A stretch of DNA of 64,000 nucleotides. Source: Nitrosopumilus sp. (GTDB lineage: Archaea; Thermoproteota; Nitrososphaeria; Nitrososphaerales; Nitrosopumilaceae). Shown here piece by piece: positions 30,313 to 40,655 of this stretch. The notes beneath the pieces were generated by a model, which searched no databases, was not told the DNA's origin, and saw only the letters and a program-made list of their open reading frames with translations. Position 1 is the stretch's first letter. Every line of letters begins with the position of its first letter. The stretch spans positions 1,472,001-1,536,000 of the forward strand of contig OZ240211.1 of the NCBI GenBank assembly GCA_965197525.1, given 5' to 3'. Position numbers and translations under genes: made by a program.

Positions 30313-31050
30313 CTAGGTGATCATGGTATCTGTATCTCTGTATGATATTTTTCTGAATCCGTCAATCGGCTTTGACGTGGTGTATAGTTCGGATTTTGTA
30401 TTTAGCGCTAACCATTCTAGCAGCTGCTTGCCTTTTTTCAATTTCATCAGCTTTGTCCTTCTATCTGCTCTATTTGTGTCTGAGAGCCTACCAATACGTT
30501 CCCCAAAGTCCATTCCAAACAGGATAATCCTCTCTGCCTGATAATGACTTGCAAGAAATACTCCTCTATCACCGTCTGTAAACCCTCCAAAGTTCTGAAT
30601 CTTACCAAATGGCGTTGATTGGGTTGTTCCGATACAATTTTTGAAATTTCTGGCAAGTTCCAACTTTTCCATATTGTCTCCGTGTGCATGCACGACAAAT
30701 ACTGTTTTGGTCTTTGATATCTTTTTAAATGTGCCCTCATCCCCATCCAAATCTGTTATGACAATATCTGGAATTACTCCATTAGTAACAAGTGTTTTTA
30801 CTGAACTATCTGCTGCAATCTTTACTGTTCTTTGATATTTTTTTAATTCTGTAATGGCAGTTGACAAGGACGGTCCTGAGCCAATCACTAGAACCGCCTT
30901 TCCTCGAATTAAATTATTTAATTGTGTATCGGCATTAGATTCTTTTATGATTGAATCCAACAGAACAGCTGATTCTCTGTCTTTTTTTTCACTATACTTG
31001 AACTCTTTTAAAATATCTGTATATCTACTCTTCCAACCTCTTACCGTCAT
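30313..31050 (-). CDS. mptE: 6-hydroxymethyl-7,8-dihydropterin pyrophosphokinase
   Basis: IGSGPSL, TDLDG, HAHGDN, GGFTDGDR; divergent from folP. Confidence 0.88.
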   Translation of the reverse strand: MTVRGWKSRYTDILKEFKYSEKKDRESAVLLDSIIKESNADTQLNNLIRGKAVLVIGSGPSLSTAITELKKYQRTVKIAADSSVKTLVTNGVIPDIVITDLDGDEGTFKKISKTKTVFVVHAHGDNMEKLELARNFKNCIGTTQSTPFGKIQNFGGFTDGDRGVFLASHYQAERIILFGMDFGERIGRLSDTNRADRRTKLMKLKKGKQLLEWLALNTKSELYTTSKPIDGFRKISYRDTDTMIT

Positions 31051-31071
31051 ACATTCAAATTATATCAGCCT

Positions 31072-31950
31072 TTGATAAACAGTGTGGTAAAGAAGTTAGG
31101 CAATGTAAGTGTAGGAGGTACGAATCCTGTACGGATTATGGGAATTCTGAATACCAGTCCCGAATCATTTTACAAAAAATCAATAGGCACTACCAAAACC
31201 CGTATGAAAAATATTGCTAAACAGATTGAGGATCAAGGGGCCGATTTTATTGATATTGGAGGAATGTCTACTGCACCTTATCTGTCAACTATGGTATCAG
31301 AAGGCATTGAATCTAAACGAATTCTTGATGCAGTCAAAATAGTTCAAAATTTTACCAATCTTCCAATATCTGTTGATACATGTAGATCCAAAGTCGCACA
31401 CGACGTTTTGGAACAGGGTGTTGAGATTATCAATGATATCTCTGGTCTAAAATACGACAGCAGTATGCCCAAAGTTGTTTCAGGGTTTAATCCGTCTCTG
31501 ATCTTATGTGCGTATAGCTCAAAACTTGTAGTCGGCAGTCCCGTAGCATCTGTAAAAAGACTATTCAAAGAGAGCCTGCAGATCGCAAAAAAATCCGATA
31601 TCTCTTTGGACAGTATTGTATTGGATCCTGCCATTGGGTTCTTTAGAAAGACCGGCCGCGGTCCATTTTTTACAAAGATTGCCTCTGACTGGGTAAGGCG
31701 TGATCTCTCTATAATCAAAAACTTGGATTCTATCAAGGGATCTAACCCCATACTGGTATCTGCTTCAAACAAATCATTCTTGGGCAAAATCCTCAAACGA
31801 GAAGACAATCCTATTGAGCGTGTATTTGGTTCTGTTGCAGCAGAGGCAATCTCTGTTATTTACGGTGCTGATATTATACGCACCCACAACGTGCAAGCTA
31901 CAAAAGACGCTGCAACTGTGGCATCGTCTCTTTTTGGTAAGATCAAGTAA
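31072..31950 (+). CDS. folP: Dihydropteroate synthase
   Basis: MGILNTSPESF, DIGGMST, INDISG, DPAIGF, SNKSF, RTHNV. Confidence 0.93.
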   Translation: MINSVVKKLGNVSVGGTNPVRIMGILNTSPESFYKKSIGTTKTRMKNIAKQIEDQGADFIDIGGMSTAPYLSTMVSEGIESKRILDAVKIVQNFTNLPISVDTCRSKVAHDVLEQGVEIINDISGLKYDSSMPKVVSGFNPSLILCAYSSKLVVGSPVASVKRLFKESLQIAKKSDISLDSIVLDPAIGFFRKTGRGPFFTKIASDWVRRDLSIIKNLDSIKGSNPILVSASNKSFLGKILKREDNPIERVFGSVAAEAISVIYGADIIRTHNVQATKDAATVASSLFGKIK

Positions 31951-32349
31951 GAGGATTATTATACATACATCATCATGTAATTACCGTGATGATATCTTGG
32001 AACAAAACATCAAGTCAATATTCATACACATGTACGAAGGGATAACCTTCTCACAAAAGTAGATTATGCTAGGGTTTCTAGTCAGTGGAACAATGGACAA
32101 GATCGAATTATGTCTTGCTTTCTATATTGTTAAATAGCCTATTGGTAATACAGTGATATTGGGATTCGTACGTTATAAACCTAGTAGAATATGCAAAATG
32201 AACATGAATATTTGTTGTCATGAATCAATCATTTACAGAGATGTGTTTGAGTTGATATCTAACTGGAATAATAAGATGACTATCTCCTTGGATGATCTTG
32301 GTTTTGTTACATACAAAAAACCGCCTGTGTTTTTGGTAGATGCTGATAA

Positions 32350-33096
32350 ATGAATCGCTGTAATGATCCTACATGTCCGTTAAATAGGCAAGCGGTTCCT
32401 CATACAAATCATGAATTGATTGAGAGCAAACCGGTGACAAATCCATGTGACGATCCTAGATGTGGCTTGAACCGGATAGGATTGCGGCACAATGTACATG
32501 ACCACATGGATATTGATGGTGAGCCAAAACAAGAACAGTTAGGCGACGAAGACACTGTGCAAGACGGTTACAACGATAATGGTAATGGCGGTGGCGATGA
32601 TGACGATCTAGGCTATAATGATAACGGTGGCGATGATGACGATATCGGTTATGCCGATCTGCTCGACAGATTAGGCAGGCATACCCACAGCGGCAACAGG
32701 CTGTATGAGGAGCAGGTAATCTCAGAGGAGACAAAGCAAGCAAGGCAGAAGATAGAGCAGGAGGCTCGAGAGGAGATCAAGAAACAAGCAAAAAATAAAA
32801 GTAATTCTCAAGACAAAATATCTGCTAAATCGAGCATACCATCACGCTCAAATGATGATCTTGTAGTTCCCTCTATTAATCAAATTTTGCACACTGCTGA
32901 CCCTTACAAGATATTTAACGTAACCCAAGACGTGACGTGTGCTCAAATAAAAGCCAGATTCAAAAAACTAAGCAAGAGCTACAATGCTTCACGCGGGAGT
33001 GCAAATAGGACTCGCAAAGAGCAACGACTACTGACTCAGGCACAGAGCAAGATAAACCTCGCATATGATTTTTTGAGCAAGAGGCACTGTAGTTAA
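32350..33096 (+). CDS. J-domain-like protein without HPD, with two N-terminal Cys/His repeats
   Basis: DPYKIFNV..IKARFKKLSKSYNAS..KINLAYDFL; CNDPTCPLNR..H and CDDPRCGLNR..H; GGDDDD tandem duplication. Confidence 0.75.
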   Translation: MNRCNDPTCPLNRQAVPHTNHELIESKPVTNPCDDPRCGLNRIGLRHNVHDHMDIDGEPKQEQLGDEDTVQDGYNDNGNGGGDDDDLGYNDNGGDDDDIGYADLLDRLGRHTHSGNRLYEEQVISEETKQARQKIEQEAREEIKKQAKNKSNSQDKISAKSSIPSRSNDDLVVPSINQILHTADPYKIFNVTQDVTCAQIKARFKKLSKSYNASRGSANRTRKEQRLLTQAQSKINLAYDFLSKRHCS

Positions 33097-33144
33097 ACGG
33101 CAGATTGGTAATTGATTCAGATGTCGTTGTTCTACCTTTTCTCT

Positions 33145-33256
33145 GCAGTTAAGCGAAATGTATCCCACTGATGGATCAGAGAAGTGATTGGGGCTTACAT
33201 ACCAGACATGAATCCAGTTGGGCCTCAAACGCCCGCATCACATTTCGCTTAACTGC
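33145..33256. mobile_element. 112-bp MITE-like element (family A) with perfect 17-bp terminal inverted repeats
   Basis: GCAGTTAAGCGAAATGT (33145..33161) and ACATTTCGCTTAACTGC (33240..33256); no TSD seen. Confidence 0.75.
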
Positions 33257-33367
33257 TAATACACAATATGTATAAAAGTACATTATTGGGTGCTCTACCT
33301 AACCGATTATCTTAGACAATGCCAAAATCTTAAAAGATGTGTTTGTCTAATTTGTATAGGGAATCTG

Positions 33368-33916
33368 ATGGATGTTTACGAAGTAATTGAATCAATTTTA
33401 GATGCTAACGGAGGAGAAATTAAAGGAAGAACTACAATTCAAAAATTGGTTTATCTCGCACAGAATACAATCCCGCAATTAGAAATTCCCTCATACAAAC
33501 CACACTACTACGGACCATTCAGTTCTGAACTAGGAATTGCTTTAGAAAAACTAGTTTCATATTCATTTGTGACGGAAACTAAGATTCCTGGAACAATGTA
33601 TGAAGGATACATCTACAGACTTACCACGGATGGTCAGAAAGTAATCGATCGGATCAAAAATGAAACGAAAGAAGAATATGAAAAGATTAAAGAACTGGTA
33701 GATACTTGCAAAGTGTTCTGTGGATTAAAGACCACTCCACTTTCATTTGCATCAAAGATCTTTTACATGTTGTATGCACATAAAGAAAATCATGAGAAAC
33801 TGACAATCAAAGAAGCAATAAACAATGCAAAAGAGTTAGGCTGGAATGTCTCCTCAGATAATGTAGAACAAGGTGCGAAACTTTTGGAAAAACTAAAACT
33901 TGTCAAAATCTCCTAA
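33368..33916 (+). CDS. YwgA-like winged-helix protein
   Basis: GRTTIQKLVYL..HYYGPFSSEL..Y.YRLTTDG; ATG 33368 preferred to track start 33290. Confidence 0.75.
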   Translation: MDVYEVIESILDANGGEIKGRTTIQKLVYLAQNTIPQLEIPSYKPHYYGPFSSELGIALEKLVSYSFVTETKIPGTMYEGYIYRLTTDGQKVIDRIKNETKEEYEKIKELVDTCKVFCGLKTTPLSFASKIFYMLYAHKENHEKLTIKEAINNAKELGWNVSSDNVEQGAKLLEKLKLVKIS

Positions 33917-33998
33917 AAACTGTTTTAGATTCAAATCAATACGCGATCCTCTTTATGGTTTTGTTGATTTATCAGAAACCGAGCTTAGATTAATCGAC
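33900..33998 (+). pseudogene. 5' stub of an HD-domain dNTP triphosphohydrolase-like gene (YwfO/SAMHD1 type)
   Basis: KSIRDPLYGFVDLSETELRLID breaks off before the expected xFQRLR; followed at once by GGTTCTGTGAAATT. Confidence 0.75.
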
Positions 33999-34162
33999 GG
34001 TTCTGTGAAATTATTGGCATCTACCTACTTTTCGTTGATTGGTCTGTTGGGTTATCGAGAGCTGAACACGGCAAAACAAGTGGATAACTATAATTCATAA
34101 TGAAAGTATGGTAACTCAAAATAATATGCGGCACTGATATATTTTACCTGAAACGTAATAGA

Positions 34163-34236
34163 TTAGGTCGCCCAGAACGTATCTGACAGTTTTTCGAACC
34201 AGTTTGGCCCCCTCTTATCCCACGTGAACAGGCATG
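34163..34236. repeat. Direct repeat, copy 1 (74 bp)
   Basis: About 86% identical to 35834..35906; identical 24-bp core TCTGACAGTTTTTCGAACCAGTTT. Confidence 0.85.
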
Positions 34237-34426
34237 GTAGAATACAAAGTATGAATACCCCCCTGTCATCCATATTTCATGTTTTTCGGTACCGCATGGA
34301 ACAACGGTTCTCACAAAACGGTGGTGTATGACGACGGGGAATTAAACTAAATCCACGGGATCGTGATAGATACTTTGAAAAGGCAAACGCATTATTGAGG
34401 TTTGAAGGTAAAACAGGTGCATTATT

Positions 34427-35391
34427 TTATGCATATAAAAAAAGTTTATCATACAGTTCTTCTATCGCCTTTGGCGCATTATTCCTTAATGTGCATGTTG
34501 CTTTTTTCTTTACAACAGAATCTGCGTTTCCCACCGCATAGCTAGAATCACTAATCTCGAACATTGGTATATCTAAATCACTGTCCCGACTGTTATAATT
34601 TCATGATCACTACTACCCAAGCTTAATTCTTCTTCACTAGTAACGTATTCTATGGCGACTCCTTTGTTTACATTTTTTTTACTAATGTGATAGGTATTCT
34701 TACTTGTATGGATTTCTACTTGTGATTTTGAATCTCTAATAGCTTTGTTCAATCGTGTTCTAGTTAACGAATTCTTAATTATCACGTATTCTGTCTTTCT
34801 ACTTTGTTGATTGGGGTCTAATTTGTACGAGATGTTTTTGGCTGATAAATGCTTGATTAGCCTATCTGGTTCTATTCTGTCTCCAAACCTTTCATTAGGT
34901 AGAGAAGAGTTTATTATGATTCCGCCATTTTCTGCAATTCCGTATGGGGACGTTTTATACATCCTGATCAGTTTTTTTACATCTTGTGAGGCTCGACCTG
35001 TACAAAAATACACTGAACAATTTTGTTCCAGAAACTTTGCAAACATTCCTTTAACATTTCTATTAAGTGTGGTAATCCCTTTATGCGTTAACGTACTATC
35101 TATGTCAAAAAAGATGTGTTTGATCTTGGCTTTGGTTGTTTGACCCATCCTTCCAGATTTAAATGGATAAAATGAAAATGAACGTATGGTTTGAATATCT
35201 AATAGTTTTTTGTTTACACTTAAGATCTTGTCTTTTTCGTTATCGTAAAGCGGATCTTTAGTTTTTAGCCACAGCATGTCAGGTTGATCTAATTTTTTAA
35301 TTTCGGAGAATATCTTAATGCCTTTTAATTTTGAAATAGTTTTTGCGATCCCGTCAGGTTTACAGAAAATATGTATTATCATTTTTATCAA
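34427..35391 (-). pseudogene. Cof-type HAD phosphatase with N-terminal extra domain, frameshifted at about 34586
   Basis: FFDIDSTLT, CTGR, KGVAI; one extra G restores VGDSDLDIPMF..AVGNA to a stop at 34427. Confidence 0.8.
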
Positions 35392-35399
35392 AAATAAAA

Positions 35400-35777
35400 T
35401 TAGATGGCTTCTAAATAAACACTCACATCTTTAACTCTGGAGTTTTTGTTAGAGTTTGTTTGAAGTGAACGTAACGCACTTACGAATGAATCTCTTTTAT
35501 GAGGATCTATTTTTGCAATTCCTGACACACAAAAATTAGTGTCACCCATGATTTGTGTGATTGTATCTGCTTCTTTGACTTCGTTGAAATTGGCTACCAA
35601 TGCATCTTTCAGTTTTGCACACATACTTTCATGTTTTGCATTCCCACATTGCAATAAAATATGTGCATTAACCAATTGGCTCTCTCCTTTCATTCGTCGC
35701 ACACTACTTGTACGTTCTTTTTTTACAAAAGTATTACTAATTTGTTCTTTTTTGGTATTTTGTATTCTAGAATTCAC
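35400..35777 (-). CDS. Hypothetical protein, possibly an AsnC/RAM-like ferredoxin-fold domain
   Basis: AHILLQC..LKDAL..EVKEADTI..G.TNFCV..VKDVSVYL pattern. Confidence 0.6.
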   Translation of the reverse strand: MNSRIQNTKKEQISNTFVKKERTSSVRRMKGESQLVNAHILLQCGNAKHESMCAKLKDALVANFNEVKEADTITQIMGDTNFCVSGIAKIDPHKRDSFVSALRSLQTNSNKNSRVKDVSVYLEAI

Positions 35778-35833
35778 AACATTTGGAAATTTGTAGATGC
35801 ATAAATATCTTAAGAACGGTGGAAGGTAGTAGG

Positions 35834-35906
35834 TTAGGTCGCCAGAACGCTTCTGACAGTTTTTCGAACCAGTTTAGCCTCATCTTGTCCTACGTGAGTA
35901 GGCATG
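35834..35906. repeat. Direct repeat, copy 2 (73 bp), inside short coiled-coil ORF 35834..36037(-)
   Basis: See copy 1; both copies read MPxHVG..AKLVRKTVR on the minus strand. Confidence 0.85.
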
Positions 35907-36151
35907 TTATCATCATCCAATATACGTGCTTGTTCCTCGATCACCGAATCTTTTTTCTTGTTATCTGCCATCATCTTGACCAATTCGTCCCGCAGTATTT
36001 TGATATCTGGATTTGACCATGAAATGGCTTTATGCAATAGAATTTAGCTTAATATGGTCGAAGAAAGTTAATTTTGTGCTTAACCTAACCTGCTACAACC
36101 CTCTAACACAAAGGCTTATAATCGATATTTGGCTTTCTTAACAAGGTTTCA

Positions 36152-37585
36152 TTGGAATTTAAAGAAGGATTAACTTTTGACGACGTATTACTAGTACCGA
36201 AATACTCTGATATTACAAGTAGAAGCCAAACTAACATTGCAACAAAACTATCTCGAAATATATCGATTAACATCCCTTTTGTGAGTGCAAACATGGATAC
36301 TGTGACCGAGTCTGTAATGGCAGGAGCTATGGCTCGTGCAGGGGGTATAGGAATTATTCATAGGTTTTTGACAATTCAGGAGCAGACAAACGAAATTCTA
36401 AAGGTAAAACGTTCTGGTAGCATAATGATTGAAAACCCTTATTCTATATCACCTAACAAAAATGTAGAAGACGCTCTTGCTTATGCGTTAGATAAGGACG
36501 TTTCAGGTCTTTTAGTTGTTGACTCTGACTCTAAAAAACTAATAGGCATTATAACTAACCGAGATCTGTTATTTGCTGATCTGAACAGTACAGTTGCAGA
36601 TGTCATGACTCGAGACGTTGTTACTGCAAAATCAGGCGTTACCTTGGATGAGGCAAAGGATCTCTTACACAAGCATCGCATTGAAAAGTTGCCTATTGTT
36701 AATGATTCAGGAATTGTTACAGGATTAATCACAAGCAAGGATATCACTAACAATGATGATTTCCCAAATGCATCCAAAGATAAGAAGGGTAGGCCACTAG
36801 TTGGTGCTGCTGTTGGTGTTAAAGGTGACTTTTTAGAGAGAAGTGAATCTCTTTTGAATGCAGGCACTGATGTTCTGGTTGTAGATATTGCTCACGGGCA
36901 TAGTGAAAATGCATTGAGCACAATACGTAATATCAAAAAAGCATTTCCTGATTGTGAACTGATTGCAGGAAATATCGCAACAGCTCAAGGCGCAAAGGAT
37001 TTGATCACAGCAGGTGTTGATGCAATCAAGATAGGTGTAGGTTCAGGTTCTATCTGTATTACTAGAGTGATTACCGGCTCTGGTGTACCACAATTAACTG
37101 CTGTGATGGATTGTGCACATATTGCAAATGACCATGGAATTCCTGTAATTTCTGATGGCGGAACCCGTACATCAGGAGACGCAACCAAAGCACTGGCATC
37201 TGGCGCCTCCTCAGTAATGATAGGCAGTATGCTTGGAGGAACTGATGAATCTCCAGGTACAGTACTGACTAAAAACGGAAAACGATTCAAAGTGTATCGT
37301 GGTATGGCATCATTGGCAGCATCAATAGGCAGGAAATCTAAAGAAACGGGCTCTATATCACTTGACGATGATCTTAATGATTATGTTGCAGAAGGTGTCG
37401 AGGCAATGGTTCCTTACAAGGGAACCGTAACTGATATACTCAAACAACTTACAGGCGGATTACGCTCAGGTCTAAGCTATTGCGGTGCTCACACGATACC
37501 TCAAATGCAAACAAATGCAGAGTTTATCAAAATGTCTAGAGCCGGCTTTGCAGAAAGTCAACCTCATGATGTATCTCTAATGTAG
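36152..37585 (+). CDS. guaB: Inosine-5'-monophosphate dehydrogenase with CBS pair
   Basis: LTFDDVLLVP, SANMDTVT, GSGSICITR, DGG, YRGMAS, EGVE. Confidence 0.97.
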   Translation: MEFKEGLTFDDVLLVPKYSDITSRSQTNIATKLSRNISINIPFVSANMDTVTESVMAGAMARAGGIGIIHRFLTIQEQTNEILKVKRSGSIMIENPYSISPNKNVEDALAYALDKDVSGLLVVDSDSKKLIGIITNRDLLFADLNSTVADVMTRDVVTAKSGVTLDEAKDLLHKHRIEKLPIVNDSGIVTGLITSKDITNNDDFPNASKDKKGRPLVGAAVGVKGDFLERSESLLNAGTDVLVVDIAHGHSENALSTIRNIKKAFPDCELIAGNIATAQGAKDLITAGVDAIKIGVGSGSICITRVITGSGVPQLTAVMDCAHIANDHGIPVISDGGTRTSGDATKALASGASSVMIGSMLGGTDESPGTVLTKNGKRFKVYRGMASLAASIGRKSKETGSISLDDDLNDYVAEGVEAMVPYKGTVTDILKQLTGGLRSGLSYCGAHTIPQMQTNAEFIKMSRAGFAESQPHDVSLM

Positions 37586-37623
37586 ATAATTTTTTAAGCA
37601 GTATCTGATGATATTATTCTGGC

Positions 37624-38097
37624 ATGCTTTCTAAAAGAACTGTAATTGGATTAATAGTCGGTATTCTAATAATTGGAATCGGTGCAGCCTCTTTAATACA
37701 ACATATTGGCCTAATTACCATTAATGAGACTAATACACTAGACCGGGGAGGCTCTGAGTTTTATGTTATTCCTGCACCGGATCAAACTCCACAACATATG
37801 GTAATATCAGGTGACGCATTTGATATCAAACTCACAAGTCCCAATGACGGTTTTCAAATAGAAAATAGAACCTCCTACAACAACGGCAAACAGTCTTTTG
37901 ATTGGGTGCATGACGGGGATGGTGAATCAACAATTCAAATACAGAATACTGGCAGTTCCGAGTTGACAATAACTGGAGTATTCATTAGAAGTTCTGATCC
38001 TATCTGGTTTACCTATGATTTGATGGTGATAATATCTGGAATAGTAATCATTGGGTTTAGCATGGGATTTACTCTCAGAAAACCTAAAGGATTTTAG
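37624..38097 (+). CDS. Hypothetical membrane protein (N- and C-terminal TM segments)
   Basis: 157 aa, beta-rich middle domain between two anchors. Confidence 0.8.
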   Translation: MLSKRTVIGLIVGILIIGIGAASLIQHIGLITINETNTLDRGGSEFYVIPAPDQTPQHMVISGDAFDIKLTSPNDGFQIENRTSYNNGKQSFDWVHDGDGESTIQIQNTGSSELTITGVFIRSSDPIWFTYDLMVIISGIVIIGFSMGFTLRKPKGF

Positions 38098-38108
38098 CCG
38101 GTTTTCTT

Positions 38109-38924
38109 TTATCTTGATTTTGCACTTGGATAAGAGCCCAACACTTTCATAAACAATGCATCGCGTTTTATTTCTTTTAACATACCTGCAATTTTGGGAT
38201 CATCTTTGTGTCCTTCAAAATCTACGTAAAAGTTATACTCCCATGTATTGCTTTTAGTTGGTCTTGACTCAATTTTAGTCAGATTGACATTATTTACATG
38301 AAAATTCTTTATAACTCTGTATAATGCCCCTGGCTCATGTTTTATTGAAAATATTACCGATGTTTTGTCATTTTCTGTTTGGGCACTCTGCGTCTTTGCC
38401 ATTATTAGGAATCTTGTATGGTTGTTCTTGTCATTTGCAATATCCTCTACAATAATTGGCATCTGGTTTATCTCAGCTGCTCTTTTACTTGCGATACTAG
38501 CACAATTTGTTTTATTTAGATCTTTGACCATCTTTACACTTCCTGCCGTATCGTATACAGGTATTGGTTTCATACCATATTTTTCAATAAATTGTTTACA
38601 TTGACCCAAAGCTTGTGGATGTGAGTATACCGTATCTATTTCAGATATCTTGCCCTCTCCAATTAAACAATGCTCGACTTTATAATATATTTCACCTATT
38701 GCGTAAAGAGAGGTTGAATACAGCAAGTCGTAACTCTCTCCTACACTTCCTTCCAACGAATTCTCTACTGGAAGAATTGCGTATTGCACCTTGTCAGTTG
38801 ACGCATATTCTAGTATTTCTGCAAATGTCGCAAGTGGAACGGTTTCAATCTTTTCGTTAAAAAACGATTCTGCCGCTGCTTCACTGTATGCTCCCCGTTC
38901 GCCTGGGAACGAAACTAGAGTCAT
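38109..38924 (-). CDS. pheA: Prephenate dehydratase
   Basis: GAYSE, PVENSLEGSV, SHPQAL, NHTRF, ACT domain with LTKIESRP. Confidence 0.96.
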   Translation of the reverse strand: MTLVSFPGERGAYSEAAAESFFNEKIETVPLATFAEILEYASTDKVQYAILPVENSLEGSVGESYDLLYSTSLYAIGEIYYKVEHCLIGEGKISEIDTVYSHPQALGQCKQFIEKYGMKPIPVYDTAGSVKMVKDLNKTNCASIASKRAAEINQMPIIVEDIANDKNNHTRFLIMAKTQSAQTENDKTSVIFSIKHEPGALYRVIKNFHVNNVNLTKIESRPTKSNTWEYNFYVDFEGHKDDPKIAGMLKEIKRDALFMKVLGSYPSAKSR

Positions 38925-38926
38925 CT

Positions 38927-39478
38927 TTACTCACTCAAATTCACAAAATCAGTATTTCCAAAGTTTGCAGAGAGTTTTCTTTCGTCAATCCACGCACACT
39001 CTGTACATTTTATAGCATCACGCATGGGAATAACTTTGCCTCCACACTTTCGACATTTTGTAAATAAAATTCCTAAGTTTGGCTCACTTATCGTTGCATG
39101 AATTGTTCCGTTAAGATGATTGACAATTTTTAGTGTGACTATGTCATTGACTAGTGCCACGTTTCGAATTCTTAAATTCCGTGTTGCACATACGCATTCT
39201 ACTTTGGATGTCGTTGCCTTTCCATTGATGTAGTCAATTGATACTGCGATCATCGATGACAGTACTGCTGCAACCGTTCCAATTATAACATCCCCGACTT
39301 TTGGAATTGATAACAGTTTTGGATGTCTTATATTGGCAGTTCGTAATATTTTATCAATATCTGGTATTCCCACTGTTGCCGCTCTGACCATATTTCCGTC
39401 ATCAAATGTGTTATGTCCTGCCTCATATTCTTCAATAGATGCTATCTTTTCTCCCGGGAATGTTATGCTATCTGGCAT
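38927..39478 (-). CDS. csl4: Exosome complex RNA-binding protein Csl4
   Basis: FPGEKIASIEEY, PKVGDVIIG (S1 domain), C-terminal CRKCG..CTEC..ERK Zn ribbon; ATG 39478 preferred. Confidence 0.92.
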   Translation of the reverse strand: MPDSITFPGEKIASIEEYEAGHNTFDDGNMVRAATVGIPDIDKILRTANIRHPKLLSIPKVGDVIIGTVAAVLSSMIAVSIDYINGKATTSKVECVCATRNLRIRNVALVNDIVTLKIVNHLNGTIHATISEPNLGILFTKCRKCGGKVIPMRDAIKCTECAWIDERKLSANFGNTDFVNLSE

Positions 39479-39569
39479 GTTGTAAACTCGGTTTCTGTGA
39501 TTATAATTGTTTGTGGTCTTTCTTCTAAATTCTGGTAAATCATATATCACTAGACATCAGAAAAAAATT

Positions 39570-40655
39570 ATGAAGGCTCTGGTGTATGATGATTACGCAG
39601 TTGACGATGACTATGCTAAAATCTTAAAGATACGGGACATTCCTATTCCTGAACCAAAGCCAAATGAAGTTGTTTTTAGAGTAGAGGTTGCAGCACTCAA
39701 CTATGACGATATATGGGGCATGCGAGGTAAGCCTTTAGCTGTTCCGCTACCGCATATCTCTGGTACTGATGCAGCAGGACAAGTCACTGCAGTTGGCAGT
39801 AACGTCAATAATATCAAAATTGGTGACAGGGTTGTCTCCCATGGAAATATGTCTTGTCGAGTTTGTAAATACTGCACTAGCGGGCAAGAGTACAACTGCA
39901 GGAAACGTCGTATCTGGGGTTTTGAGACAGGTCCGCTTTGGGGCGGCTATTGTGAATTTACCCATCTTCCGGAAGTTAATGTTGTAAAAATTCCTTCAGG
40001 GGTTTCATATGATCAAGCAGCTGCTGCATCAATGACTTTGCTGACCTCTTGGCATATGCTAGTTGGTAGGGCAAAAATTCAACCCGGAGACATTGTTTTG
40101 GTTATGGGCGGCAGTTCAGGTGTTGGTACATATGGAATTCAGATTGCAAAACTCTTTGGATGCACCGTCATTGCCACTGCTAGTCCTGACAAGTTGCAAA
40201 GATTGTTGGACTTGGGAGCTGATTTTGCAGTGGATCATCGACAGGATGATTGGCACAACACAGTCAAATCAATTGCAAAGAAAATAGCAAAACCGCTTGG
40301 AGATGTACCTGGCGTTGATGTGATTTTTGAACATATTGGCGGTACTCACTGGAACAAGGAACTAACCTTGCTGAACTATGGAGGAACAATTGTAACTACT
40401 GGTGCTACTACTGGGTATAATGCGCCAACTGATCTACGCCATATCTTCTTTAAAGGGATTAACATTTTGGGTTCTACTCAAGGGACGCGGGCTGAACTAG
40501 AACAGGGTCTCTATTGGATGTCCCAAGGTAAAATAAAATCAGTAATTGATTCTGTTTATTCATTGGAGGAGGCAGTTGCAGCTCACACAAAAATGCTCAA
40601 TGGCAAAGGATTGTTTGGTAAAATTTTGATAAAACTACATTCCACATACAGTTAG
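39570..40655 (+). CDS. Zn-dependent medium-chain dehydrogenase/reductase (quinone oxidoreductase-like)
   Basis: MKALVY, structural Zn CRVCKYC..C, GGSSGVG; catalytic Zn ligands replaced (ALNYDD, SGTD); ATG 39570 preferred. Confidence 0.9.
   Translation: MKALVYDDYAVDDDYAKILKIRDIPIPEPKPNEVVFRVEVAALNYDDIWGMRGKPLAVPLPHISGTDAAGQVTAVGSNVNNIKIGDRVVSHGNMSCRVCKYCTSGQEYNCRKRRIWGFETGPLWGGYCEFTHLPEVNVVKIPSGVSYDQAAAASMTLLTSWHMLVGRAKIQPGDIVLVMGGSSGVGTYGIQIAKLFGCTVIATASPDKLQRLLDLGADFAVDHRQDDWHNTVKSIAKKIAKPLGDVPGVDVIFEHIGGTHWNKELTLLNYGGTIVTTGATTGYNAPTDLRHIFFKGINILGSTQGTRAELEQGLYWMSQGKIKSVIDSVYSLEEAVAAHTKMLNGKGLFGKILIKLHSTYS

Noticed and set aside
39570-40655. Assigning the MDR enzyme to the 3-hydroxypropionate/4-hydroxybutyrate cycle (acryloyl-CoA reductase)
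   Set aside because: AOA have several MDR paralogues; orthology cannot be fixed without a tree.
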